Source: Ignavibacteria bacterium (lineage in GTDB: Bacteria > Bacteroidota > Ignavibacteria > Tepidaquicellales > Tepidaquicellaceae). Taken from it: a DNA stretch of 37,774 nt. The stretch lies in the NCBI GenBank assembly GCA_039934715.1, contig JBDTLQ010000001.1, forward strand, positions 1 through 37,774. The letters are read 5' to 3'. A program made the translations under genes and the position numbers. The notes beneath the pieces were generated by a model that was not told the origin of the DNA, did not search any database, and saw only the letters and a program-made list of their open reading frames with translations. Positions within the stretch are counted from its first letter, which is position 1. Each line of letters starts with the position of its first letter. Below are positions 10,379-19,443 of the stretch, piece by piece.

Positions 10379-10413
10379 AAAAAAAAACCCAATAATTCCG
10401 AATTATTGGGTTT
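10379..10413 (-). terminator. Rho-independent terminator downstream of the DUF2795 gene
   Basis: On the minus strand: AAACCCAATAATT-cgg-AATTATTGGGTTT (a perfect 13-bp stem) followed by TTTTTT. Confidence 0.7.
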
Positions 10414-10433
10414 ATAATTTAAAAAGATCTGAC

Positions 10434-10661
10434 CTAGAAATCTTTATTTTCCTCATCATAGAAAAAATCCTCATCTGTCGGATAGTCCAGCCATATTTCT
10501 TCAATGCTTTCGAATGGCTCTTCCGTATCTTCCAGGTCGTTAAGATTATTTACAACTTCCTTTGGTGCACCTGTTCTAACTGCGTAATCTATCAATTCGA
10601 ACTTATTGGCTGGCCATGGAGCATCATCTAAAAAAGATGCGAGTTCTAATGTCCAAACCAT
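10434..10661 (-). CDS. DUF2795 domain protein (75 aa)
   Basis: ATG start. The motif ASFLDDAPWPANKFELIDYAVRTGAPKEVVNNL matches the DUF2795 pattern (Y/FL.G..FPA.K.ELI.YA...GA). Confidence 0.7.
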   Translation of the reverse strand: MVWTLELASFLDDAPWPANKFELIDYAVRTGAPKEVVNNLNDLEDTEEPFESIEEIWLDYPTDEDFFYDEENKDF

Positions 10662-10744
10662 GCTTATATACCTCCTGAATTTATTTTGAAATATTAAATG
10701 TATTTATAAAAACTTCTGCAATATTAATACCACTTAGCTAAAAA

Positions 10745-11860
10745 TCAATCTCTTAATCGTGGGTCTAAAGCATCGCGCAATCCTTCTCCGATCAGATTAT
10801 AGGAAACAACTGCAATGAATATCATCAACCCCGGAAAGATAGCCAGCCACCATGCATTTGAAGCTCCTCTTGCTTCGTTGAGGAGCGAACCCCATGTCAC
10901 CGTTGTCGCACTCACACCGAATCCGAGAAAACTTAGTGATGCTTCAAGCAATATCGCCCCGGCGATTGCGAACGCACCTGAAACCAGTACAGGCGCTATG
11001 GCATTCGGGATAACGTGTCTTAAGATGATCTGTTTGTTAGGCAAACCTATTGAGTTCGCCGCGACAATATATTCCATGTTCCTGACTTTCAATACTTCAC
11101 CTCTTATCAGTTTCGCGTCAGTGGTCCAGCCTGTCAATCCTATTACTGCCATTATATACCAGATACTCGATCCGTAGATCGCGACAATTGTAATTATCAG
11201 AAAGAATAACGGAAAGGTTACCATGATCTCTACAAATCTCATTATAAAAAGATCGATCTTGCCTCCAAAAAATCCCGCGATCGATCCGAGAACGATCCCG
11301 ATAATTAATGCAATGCCAGCCGCAACGAATCCTACGGATAAGGAAACTCTTGATCCGTGTATTATCCCTGCAAGCAGATCCCTGCCGATGCCGTCCGTCC
11401 CCAGATAATGATCGCCTTCAGGCGGACTGTAAACATTTGCCAGATCTATCTCGCGTGAGCTGTAAGGAACAGGCGTCCATAATACGCTTTCGAGCTTCCC
11501 CTGATTATCAAGTTCTTTCCAGCTTACATTTATCATATCAGGATCCCATTTGCTGATCCCCATCGAACTTAAATAATCCTTTACAACAGGAAAATATGTT
11601 TCACCTTTATAAACCGCATATAAAGGTTTACTGCTTGCGAGAAAATCAGCGGCCAAAGCAAGCACTATCAGAAACATTACAATGTAGAGTGAGATCATAG
11701 CCAGTTTGTTTTTCCTGAACTGGTGCTTTACAAGTGACCAGTATGAAACTCCAACCTCTTTCTGTGATTCAAGTTGTGTATGGGAAAGACCATTGCCGTT
11801 AGTACCCGGTTTAAGTTCTTTCTCTACAAATTCTTCTTCCAGTAATTTATTATTATCCAT
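10745..11860 (-). CDS. ABC transporter permease, peptide/nickel type (OppC/DppC-like)
   Basis: The N-terminal OppC_N-like region is followed by 6 TM segments. BPD_transp_1 EAA-type loop: AANSIGLPNKQIILRHVIPNAIAPVLV. Confidence 0.9.
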   Translation of the reverse strand: MDNNKLLEEEFVEKELKPGTNGNGLSHTQLESQKEVGVSYWSLVKHQFRKNKLAMISLYIVMFLIVLALAADFLASSKPLYAVYKGETYFPVVKDYLSSMGISKWDPDMINVSWKELDNQGKLESVLWTPVPYSSREIDLANVYSPPEGDHYLGTDGIGRDLLAGIIHGSRVSLSVGFVAAGIALIIGIVLGSIAGFFGGKIDLFIMRFVEIMVTFPLFFLIITIVAIYGSSIWYIMAVIGLTGWTTDAKLIRGEVLKVRNMEYIVAANSIGLPNKQIILRHVIPNAIAPVLVSGAFAIAGAILLEASLSFLGFGVSATTVTWGSLLNEARGASNAWWLAIFPGLMIFIAVVSYNLIGEGLRDALDPRLRD

Positions 11861-11866
11861 ATTCTG

Positions 11867-12883
11867 TTAAGCTGTTTTTTTTGTGAATGCAATTCTCGGA
11901 TCAACGAAGGAATATAAAATATCAACAAGTAATACACCAACAACAGTTAGTGTGGAAGCAATAACCAGCTCGGCCATGATCAGTGGATAATCCCTGTCCA
12001 GGATAGCCTGGAATGCAAGCTGTCCGATTCCCGGGATCGAGAAGATCGTTTCTACAATAATACTTCCTCCGACCATTGCCGGAAGCAGACCGCCTATGAT
12101 CGTGATAATCGGGATCAGAGAATTTCTCAGCGCGTGTTTCATTATAACCTTTCTCTCAGACAAACCTTTTGCTCTCGCGGTCCTGATATAATCCTGTCTT
12201 ATGACCTCAAGCATTGAACTTCTCATCTGTCTTGATAAAAAAGCAAAACTTGCAAGACTGGTTATGACAACAGGCAGAAATAAATGCATGAATCTGTCCT
12301 GTATCTGAGCGAAGAATGCAAGAGAATCATAGTCTTCAGATTTTATTCCTGCAGTCGGAAAAATTTTAAAGTATTCAATATTACAAAGGAATACAATCGC
12401 GAGAGTTGCTACCCAGAAGTTTGGAAGCGAATAAAGTACAAAAAGAATTACTGTCGTCGTTCTGTCCCAAAAAGAATATTGTCGGGCTGCGCTGTAAATT
12501 CCGATCGGGATAGCGATCGTATAGATAAGTAAGAATGACAGGAAACTTATTGTAATTGTTACAGGCAGTCTTTCAAGTATCTTATCTAGCACAGGTCTGT
12601 TGTCCTTAAAGGAATTACCGAAATCACCCTGAAGCATGTTTCCCATCCACAACACATACTGGATTGGAAGCGGCTTATCAAGACCAAATTTCTTTTTATA
12701 AAATTCTTTTGCCTGCTCGGTCATCATGTTCTTTGAATCTGACTTCTGAGCTTCGCCGGTATTGCCGATCTTCATTTCAGTGGGATCACCGGGAGCAAGG
12801 CGGCAGACAAGAAAGGTTATCATTGTAATAATGATAAGCGTGGGAATGAAAAGTAATATTCTTTTTATTACATAGTCAGTCAT
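11867..12883 (-). CDS. ABC transporter permease, peptide/nickel type (OppB/DppB-like)
   Basis: MTDYVIKRILLFIPTLIIITMITF N-terminus and the EAA loop RTARAKGLSERKVIMKHALRNSLIPIIT, classic for DppB/OppB. Confidence 0.9.
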   Translation of the reverse strand: MTDYVIKRILLFIPTLIIITMITFLVCRLAPGDPTEMKIGNTGEAQKSDSKNMMTEQAKEFYKKKFGLDKPLPIQYVLWMGNMLQGDFGNSFKDNRPVLDKILERLPVTITISFLSFLLIYTIAIPIGIYSAARQYSFWDRTTTVILFVLYSLPNFWVATLAIVFLCNIEYFKIFPTAGIKSEDYDSLAFFAQIQDRFMHLFLPVVITSLASFAFLSRQMRSSMLEVIRQDYIRTARAKGLSERKVIMKHALRNSLIPIITIIGGLLPAMVGGSIIVETIFSIPGIGQLAFQAILDRDYPLIMAELVIASTLTVVGVLLVDILYSFVDPRIAFTKKTA

Positions 12884-12924
12884 TACTTTTTAATAAGGTT
12901 TATAAAAAATTATCCGTAATAAAA

Positions 12925-12956
12925 TTTGCCTGTCACCTAATCAGACAACAGGCAAA
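12925..12956 (-). terminator. Stem-loop between the SBP gene and the permease genes (intra-operon attenuator or partial terminator)
   Basis: On the minus strand: TTTGCCTGT-(14 nt)-ACAGGCAAA followed by TTTTATT. It sits 13 nt after the SBP stop and before the permease start. Confidence 0.5.
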
Positions 12957-12968
12957 ATTATAAAAAAA

Positions 12969-14774
12969 TCAGTCTCTGTACCTTTGGGCGCCGGCCGGGG
13001 TCCACCATTCATTAAGCAATGGTGAATCAGGATAGGCATACCATCTTGTGTTTTTAAACCTGTCGCTGTAAAGATATCTCGAAGGCTCTGACCATAAAAA
13101 TGTCGTTGGCTGATCATCATAAATTATCTGCTGCCATTTCTTAAGTATCTCCATTCTCTTTGTGTCATCAAACTCGGCACGGTTTTGCTCGAGCAGCTTA
13201 TCACTTTCCGGATTAACGTAACTTATAAAATTGCTTCCTTCACCTTCTGATTGTGATGAATGCCAGATTTGATATGGATCTTCAGGAGTAACATTCAGCT
13301 GCCATGCGGAATAGCACGCGTCAAACTGGTGCTTCTTTGTCTTATCAAGAAATACTGACCATTCATATTCCTGAAGGTCAGCCTGAATACCAAGCTGCTT
13401 CAGCTGCTCGATCACAATGAGCATTACTTTTTTTCTTTTCGGATTATTATTATTTATAAAGGTGAATTTGAAATCTGTTTTTTTACCGTCGATCACTTTA
13501 TCAAGTACTCCATCACCATCCGTATCTTTCCATCCTGCCTCGGCAAGGAGCTGTTTAGCTTTATCCGGCTGATAGGTTATGACAGGAAGATCGTTATTGT
13601 AATATTTGCTTTTGATAAATACCGGAGAACTTACCGGCGTTCCCATTCCATAGATTATCTTATCGATGATGGATTGTCTGTCAATCGCGTAGCTCAAAGC
13701 CCATCTTACTTTTTTATCCGCAAATAAAGGATTCTTATTGTTCCATGCAATGAATGTATAGGTTGGTTCTGTTACAAGTGCTTTCTTTAAATTGAACTGT
13801 TCAGGATTTTTTACATTCTCTACAAAATCAACGGGCTGAATTACAAACATCTCGTCAACTTCCTTATTCTTCGCAGCTACAATTGCAGCATTCTGATCCT
13901 GAATTGTTTTAAAGATCAGCTTAGCCGGAAAATTAGGAATTTCCTTTTTGTTCCAGTAATTATCATTTCTCTTTAAAGTTACTGACTGACCGGTTATCCA
14001 TTTGTCAAACATGTAAGGACCGCTTCCGATGAGATATTTCGCGTCTCTTGAAACTTCCTGAGAATTTAAGAATTCAGCATACTTTTGCATTTCGGGGTAT
14101 TTTTTTGAATCAAGACTCTTTTGCGCTGCTGTAAGTTCTTCCCAGGTGAATTTGTCATTCACACCATCTTTATCAAGAATATGCTTTGGAGTAATAGCCA
14201 GACTTCCCAATGAATAGATGGCTCTGAAATACGGCTTTGACATATTGAATTTTACCTTATACTTATTTCCATCCACAAGCTCAACACTTTTAACATCATC
14301 AAAATAATTTCTCAATGCCTGCGCATCCGTAAACGGATTCTTAATAGTCTTCACTGTAAAAATTACATCTTCACCTGTCAGAGGTGTACCGTCAGAAAAT
14401 TTTACTTCTTCCTTAAGATCGAATGTATAGGAAAGGTGATCATCACTGACCTGAGGACTTGATTTCGCTATAAGAGGGACGATCTCGTATGTTTCTCTGT
14501 TAACGTCGATCAGTGTTTCATAGATATAAATATAAATCCCGCCTGCTGCTGCATCATTGGTCACTGTCGGATTCAGCTTTTCTGCGTCGGACATTTCCTG
14601 TCTGATAAGCCAGTCACCTGTTGTCGCGTCCTTTGTTTCCGGTTTTGAAAGCTCGGTCAGCTGGAATTTTGCGTTTTCGTTGGCTGCAGTTGTATCTTTT
14701 TTTCTACCGCATGAGGAGATCATGGTCGCCCCCATGAGGATAATGACAACTATAAAAATATTTGTTCTTTTCAT
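12969..14774 (-). CDS. ABC transporter substrate-binding lipoprotein, family 5 (OppA/DppA-like), copy 1
   Basis: Lipobox ...MISSCG. SBP_bac_5-type sequence throughout (GTGPY-like LIGSGPYMFDKW, AGWKDTDGDGVLDK). It lies directly upstream of the two permease genes. Confidence 0.9.
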   Translation of the reverse strand: MKRTNIFIVVIILMGATMISSCGRKKDTTAANENAKFQLTELSKPETKDATTGDWLIRQEMSDAEKLNPTVTNDAAAGGIYIYIYETLIDVNRETYEIVPLIAKSSPQVSDDHLSYTFDLKEEVKFSDGTPLTGEDVIFTVKTIKNPFTDAQALRNYFDDVKSVELVDGNKYKVKFNMSKPYFRAIYSLGSLAITPKHILDKDGVNDKFTWEELTAAQKSLDSKKYPEMQKYAEFLNSQEVSRDAKYLIGSGPYMFDKWITGQSVTLKRNDNYWNKKEIPNFPAKLIFKTIQDQNAAIVAAKNKEVDEMFVIQPVDFVENVKNPEQFNLKKALVTEPTYTFIAWNNKNPLFADKKVRWALSYAIDRQSIIDKIIYGMGTPVSSPVFIKSKYYNNDLPVITYQPDKAKQLLAEAGWKDTDGDGVLDKVIDGKKTDFKFTFINNNNPKRKKVMLIVIEQLKQLGIQADLQEYEWSVFLDKTKKHQFDACYSAWQLNVTPEDPYQIWHSSQSEGEGSNFISYVNPESDKLLEQNRAEFDDTKRMEILKKWQQIIYDDQPTTFLWSEPSRYLYSDRFKNTRWYAYPDSPLLNEWWTPAGAQRYRD

Positions 14775-14931
14775 CGTTTGTTAATTTTTAATTTAATAAT
14801 CGTTTAGTTTTTATACTGTGTCGAGGGTTTTTTTGTTATCGGGTTTCGGGTAAAATCATAAACTGCTATGCCGGTTAAATAGTTATTCATTCAGGCCGCT
14901 ATTTTTTTATATGTAAACCGGTCAGCAAAGT

Positions 14932-15978
14932 TTATTCAAAGTCATGTTCAAAATATTCAGTCGTTCTTTCAAGACGCTGATCATTTGTCCTTGAAATTTT
15001 CTTTCCTGTCTTTGAATTAATTTTTTCTTCAAGTCTTTTCTTGAATTCCTCCGCTGCATGATATCCGTAATGCTTGCACAAATAGTTCAGCGCTATTACC
15101 TCGGCGATAACAGTAATATTCTTTCCGGGAAATATCGGCAGTTTTATTAATTCTGTTTCAACTCCCAGAATATTTATAACTGTATTATCGAGCCCTGTTC
15201 TTTCATAGGCTTTGTTACGGTCCCAGTCCTCGAGCTCAACGATCACCTCCACTCTTTTCTGATATCTTATCGAGCGGATACCGAATATAGTTCTGACATC
15301 AATGATCCCCAATCCCCGTATCTCCATTATGTGTTTTGACAGCGCGGTACCCGAACCCATTAAAACACCTTCACCCTTTTTAGTAACAACAACTACATCA
15401 TCGGCTACAAGTCTGTGACCCCGTTCTACAAGATCAAGAGCTATCTCACTTTTTCCTATTCCGGATTTTCCCGAAAACAACAGACCTATACCATACACAT
15501 CCACAAATGAACCGTGAATAATTATCTGGGTTGAGAACTGGTCATCCAGAAAGTCACTTATAAAATAAGAAAACCTCGTGGTAGGATAGGGAGTTTTAAA
15601 AACCGGAACATCATGTTTATCACCCAATAAAATCAGCTCAACCGGCACAACGTTATCATTTGTCACGATCACACATGGCACGTCAAAAGAAAAAAACATT
15701 TCGAGTATCTTATATCTTTCGTCCGGACTGAATTGTTCAAGATACCTGATCTCAGTATTGCCGAACACCTGAACCCGGTTATATGTAAACAGGGTAACGT
15801 ATCCCGCAAGCGCGAGTCCCGGTCTGTGAATATCTTTTTCGGTGATTATCTTATCCGGATCAATATCCTTCTGTGTAACCTTCTCAAGCTTAAACCTTTC
15901 CCTTGATTCAGCATATAAAAATTCTATAGAGATTGAATCTTTCTTTAGTTCTTTCATATTTCTGAATCTGTCCGTCAA
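14932..15978 (-). CDS. hprK: HPr kinase/phosphorylase, full length with N-terminal domain
   Basis: P-loop GKSGIGKSEIALDLVERGHRLVADD and the HprK signature MEIRGLGIIDVRTIFG. The start is uncertain: TTG at 15978 or ATG at 15957. Confidence 0.9.
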   Translation of the reverse strand: MTDRFRNMKELKKDSISIEFLYAESRERFKLEKVTQKDIDPDKIITEKDIHRPGLALAGYVTLFTYNRVQVFGNTEIRYLEQFSPDERYKILEMFFSFDVPCVIVTNDNVVPVELILLGDKHDVPVFKTPYPTTRFSYFISDFLDDQFSTQIIIHGSFVDVYGIGLLFSGKSGIGKSEIALDLVERGHRLVADDVVVVTKKGEGVLMGSGTALSKHIMEIRGLGIIDVRTIFGIRSIRYQKRVEVIVELEDWDRNKAYERTGLDNTVINILGVETELIKLPIFPGKNITVIAEVIALNYLCKHYGYHAAEEFKKRLEEKINSKTGKKISRTNDQRLERTTEYFEHDFE

Positions 15979-15980
15979 AC

Positions 15981-16325
15981 TTAAACCGCCTTCAATTCTT
16001 CTTTTAAAGGATTACTTCGCAACTTCTTATGAGTCTTGTGCTTGTCCTTGTATTTTAATAATTGTGCTTTGACCTTTTCTAGGGCTTTTGCTATTGATTT
16101 TATGAAATCATCGGAGCTTTCCTTCGCTGTCAATACTTTATCCTTAAGCTTTATCATAAGTTCACAGTTCTTGATACTGTTAACGGATTTTTCAAACGAA
16201 AGAATAATGTCCGCATGCAGGATCTCTTCGTGATACTTTGCGAGTGCTTCAATTTCTGTTTTTATGTGTTCCTGTAAAGTTTCATGAGCCTTAAAATGCC
16301 TGGCTGTGATGTTTATCTTAATCAT
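15981..16325 (-). CDS. hpf: Ribosome hibernation-promoting factor / RaiA family, short form
   Basis: MIKINITARHFKAHETLQEHIKTEIEALAKYHEEILHADIILS is a typical sigma54-modulation/S30EA fold N-terminus. At 114 aa it has no long-HPF dimerisation domain. Confidence 0.85.
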   Translation of the reverse strand: MIKINITARHFKAHETLQEHIKTEIEALAKYHEEILHADIILSFEKSVNSIKNCELMIKLKDKVLTAKESSDDFIKSIAKALEKVKAQLLKYKDKHKTHKKLRSNPLKEELKAV

Positions 16326-16524
16326 TATGCACTTTTTTAAGGTTTTATAGAAAGGGTTTATTAATTTTTGCGAATATGGTAAACAATATGATTAATTTCA
16401 ACTGTAAATTTATGATAAGTAAATCATTAACAATATGTTTCGCTCAGGAGGGCTCGCAGTTGTTACAATTGCAGAATGGATTTTAAAATTTCACAATTTA
16501 TTCGGATACTCTTATTTTTAGTTA

Positions 16525-18321
16525 TTAATTTTTATACAGCTGTCTTGCTCCCGGCACCCACCACTCATTTAATAAAGGTGAATCCGGATATGCATACCAT
16601 CTTGTATTTCTAAACCTGTCACTGAAAAGATATCTTACCGGTTCACTCCATAAGAATGTCACCGGCTGATCATCATATATTATCTTCTGCCATTGGTTAA
16701 GGATCTCTGTCCTTTTTTTATCATCAAACTCAATACGGTTCGCTTCGAGCAACTTATCACTCTCAGGGTTATTATAGGAAATGTGATTGCTTCCTTCACC
16801 TGAAGATTGTGACGAATGCCAGATCTGATAAGGATCATCCGGTGTTACGCTGAGCTGCCATCCGGCAAAACACGCATCATAATTATGCTTTTTTATCTTA
16901 TCCAGAAATACTGACCATTCATACTCCTGAAGATCAGCCTGAATTCCAAGCTGTTTGAATTGTTCAATAAGTATCAGTATCACCTTCTTTCTTTTCGGAT
17001 TTGTATTATTTGTAAAAGTAAATTTAAAATCCGTTTTCTTTCCGTTAATAACTTTATCCAGTACTCCGTCACCATCCGTATCCTTCCACCCGGCTTCAGC
17101 AAGCAGCTGCTTGGATTTTTCTATGTTGTAAGGAATATCCGGAAGCTCTGTATTAAGGAATTTACTTTTGAGAAATATGTGAGACTGTATAGGTGTGGCC
17201 ATTCCGAAAACAATCTTGTCTATAATATCTTTTCTGTCTATCGCGTAGCTCATTGCCCATCTGACTTTTTTATCCGAAAATATCGGGCTGTTATTGTTCC
17301 ATGCGATATAATTGTAAGACGGCTCGATCACCAATGCTTTTTTCAGATTAAACTGTTCGGGGTTCTTTACATTCTCTACAAAATCTATCGGCTGATAAAC
17401 CTGCATCTCATCGATCTCTTTATTTTTTGTAGCGACGATCGCAGCGTTCTGATCCTTTATAGTTTTAAAGATCAGTTTGCTGGGAAAGTAAGGGATCTCT
17501 TTTTTGTTCCAGTAATTTTCATTTCGTTTTAAAGTAACAGACTGTGCGGTGATCCATTTATCCAGAATATATGGACCGGTACCAATGAGATACTTAGCGT
17601 CGCGTGAAATCTCTTCAGTGTTAATGAAGTCTGCATACTTTTGAAGCTCCGGAAATTTTTGAGAATCAAAGCTCTTTGATGCCTCGGCCAGCTGTTCCCA
17701 TGTGAATTTCTCATTCATCTTATCCTTATCAAGTATATGCTTCGGAATTATTTCCATATCACCCAATGAATATATAGCCCTGAAATACGGACGCGACATA
17801 TTGAACCTTACCTTATATTTATTGCCATCAACAAGCTCAACATTTTTCACATCATCAAAATAATTTCTTAACGCCTGCGCGTCCGTGAACGGGTTCTTGA
17901 TAACTTTAACTGTAAAAATTATATCCTCCCCTGTAAGTGGTACCCCGTCGGAAAAAGTAACATCTTCCCGTACATCAAATGTATAGCTCAAATGATCCTC
18001 GCTTATTTCAGGCAATGACTTTGCAATTAACGGCTTGAGCTCATAAGTGACTCTGTCAAGTTCAAGAAGATTTTCAAACATGTAAATGTAAATTCCTGAA
18101 GCGGTCGCGTCATTTGTGACTATTGGGTTAAGCTTCTCCGCGTCGGACAATACCATTCTTATAAGCCAGTCACCGTTCTCTGCGTCCGTAACATCAGAAG
18201 ATGAAACCTGAGTGATCGGAAAAGATGTATTGTTGTTAGATTGTGTTGTATCTTTTTTTCTACCGCATGATGAGATCATAACCGAGGCCGCAATAGCGAA
18301 AACAAATATTGATTTTTTCAT
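16525..18321 (-). CDS. ABC transporter substrate-binding lipoprotein, family 5, copy 2 (paralogue of 12969..14774)
   Basis: About 75% amino-acid identity to copy 1 by eye, including the lipobox region ISSCGRKKDTT. The ORF is open to 18339 (TTG), but the ATG at 18321 gives a normal signal peptide, MKKSIFVFAIAASVMISSCG. Confidence 0.9.
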   Translation of the reverse strand: MKKSIFVFAIAASVMISSCGRKKDTTQSNNNTSFPITQVSSSDVTDAENGDWLIRMVLSDAEKLNPIVTNDATASGIYIYMFENLLELDRVTYELKPLIAKSLPEISEDHLSYTFDVREDVTFSDGVPLTGEDIIFTVKVIKNPFTDAQALRNYFDDVKNVELVDGNKYKVRFNMSRPYFRAIYSLGDMEIIPKHILDKDKMNEKFTWEQLAEASKSFDSQKFPELQKYADFINTEEISRDAKYLIGTGPYILDKWITAQSVTLKRNENYWNKKEIPYFPSKLIFKTIKDQNAAIVATKNKEIDEMQVYQPIDFVENVKNPEQFNLKKALVIEPSYNYIAWNNNSPIFSDKKVRWAMSYAIDRKDIIDKIVFGMATPIQSHIFLKSKFLNTELPDIPYNIEKSKQLLAEAGWKDTDGDGVLDKVINGKKTDFKFTFTNNTNPKRKKVILILIEQFKQLGIQADLQEYEWSVFLDKIKKHNYDACFAGWQLSVTPDDPYQIWHSSQSSGEGSNHISYNNPESDKLLEANRIEFDDKKRTEILNQWQKIIYDDQPVTFLWSEPVRYLFSDRFRNTRWYAYPDSPLLNEWWVPGARQLYKN

Positions 18322-18402
18322 AATGTCAATTAATTTCAATTAATTTATAAAATATTAAATATTCTAATTGATTTATTCAAGTTATTGTAATATTTTGAAC
18401 TC

Positions 18403-18930
18403 ATGACTAAGTTTCCTTATGATGCAGATGTAGATACACATCTTGCCAAAAAAATATACTTCACATTCCTGATCTTCAGCTTCTGCTGGCTGCTATTGAT
18501 CTTTCTTGCTCCATTATTTACGAGCATGGGTGGAACATTTGAAAAAATTTCTTCGATAATATATCTGTTCTTTTCCAAGGTCTGTCATCAGCAGGACTCA
18601 AGATCTTTTCACTTATTTGATCATACGCTGGGTGTCTGTTCAAGATGCGTCTGGATCTATTCAGGCATATTCGCCGGCACGGCTTTGTATCCGTTAAAGT
18701 TCAGATTAAATAATACTACTCCGGTATCGGTTCTGTATCTTATCATTCCTGTGATAGCTCTTTTTCTTGATGTTATACTGGACAGCATTGGTTTGTTATC
18801 AAATACCTTTTTTACGCGATCCGTCACGGGCTTTCTTATCGGTTTTGTCCTTCCCTTTTATCTGATCCCGGGATTTGTAAAATTTTTCTACGAGGTAAAT
18901 TCTTTTCTTCGAAATAAAGTCAGCATATAG
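18403..18930 (+). CDS. DUF2085 family membrane protein
   Basis: Polytopic, with the family-typical motif CHQ(x17)CSRC (KVCHQQDSRSFHLFDHTLGVCSRCVWIYSG). Confidence 0.75.
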   Translation: MTKFPYDADVDTHLAKKIYFTFLIFSFCWLLLIFLAPLFTSMGGTFEKISSIIYLFFSKVCHQQDSRSFHLFDHTLGVCSRCVWIYSGIFAGTALYPLKFRLNNTTPVSVLYLIIPVIALFLDVILDSIGLLSNTFFTRSVTGFLIGFVLPFYLIPGFVKFFYEVNSFLRNKVSI

Positions 18931-18936
18931 ATCAAA

Positions 18937-19443
18937 ATGAATCCTCCGAATAAGATCACTCCTATTATATACGGCACAGCAACAATGACTCTTATAGCCA
19001 TACTTCCGGTACTTAATCTGATCAATGTTTTTTGCTGCGCGGGAATTATCGCGGGCGGATTTGTCGGAGTTTATACTTACTGGAAACAAATAAAAGATAC
19101 CGGGCTGCAGCTGACAACCAAAGATGGGGGAATGATCGGAATTCTTTGCGGAATATTGTCGGCTGTTTTTGTAACGGGTTTCGGACTGGTTATCAGCCTG
19201 TTCTCAGAATCGAACCCGATGCTTGAAGTAATGAAATCCATAGATGAGTTTGGTTTCCAGATACCTCCCGAGATGACGCAGTATCTTGAAAAATTTTCAA
19301 ATGAATTTAATGAGCACGGCTTTTCGCCGACCATTACTATATTCTCTTTCATATTTAATATAGTTCTGTATCCTCTGTTCGGCTCAATCGGAGCGATCCT
19401 CGGAGTTCAGTTTTTAAACAAAAAAAGTAAAACCCCGATTTGA
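18937..19443 (+). CDS. Hypothetical 4-TM membrane protein with a CC motif (FCCAG)
   Basis: ATG start 6 nt after the previous stop. Four hydrophobic segments. A double cysteine lies at the end of TM1. I recognise no family with confidence. Confidence 0.6.
   Translation: MNPPNKITPIIYGTATMTLIAILPVLNLINVFCCAGIIAGGFVGVYTYWKQIKDTGLQLTTKDGGMIGILCGILSAVFVTGFGLVISLFSESNPMLEVMKSIDEFGFQIPPEMTQYLEKFSNEFNEHGFSPTITIFSFIFNIVLYPLFGSIGAILGVQFLNKKSKTPI

Noticed and set aside
16326-16524. The 199-nt spacer upstream of hpf, examined for a sigma-54 promoter (TGGCAC-N5-TTGC), a terminator or a small RNA.
   Set aside because: There is no sigma-54 consensus on the relevant strand. I found only a 7-bp G:U-containing hairpin (GCAGTTG-tta-CAATTGC) without a U-tract and an AT-only palindrome. 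That is insufficient evidence for any specific element.
16960-17532. A 190-aa ORF on the + strand inside SBP copy 2. Similar antisense ORFs occur at 3181-3573, 7494-7874, 8363-8903, 10815-11177, 23070-23414, 24116-24472 and 31141-31464.
   Set aside because: Each lies wholly inside a longer opposite-strand ORF that has strong family motifs. Their sequences are low-complexity (rich in I/F/L/S/R) with no recognisable motifs. They are typical shadow ORFs of AT-rich coding DNA.
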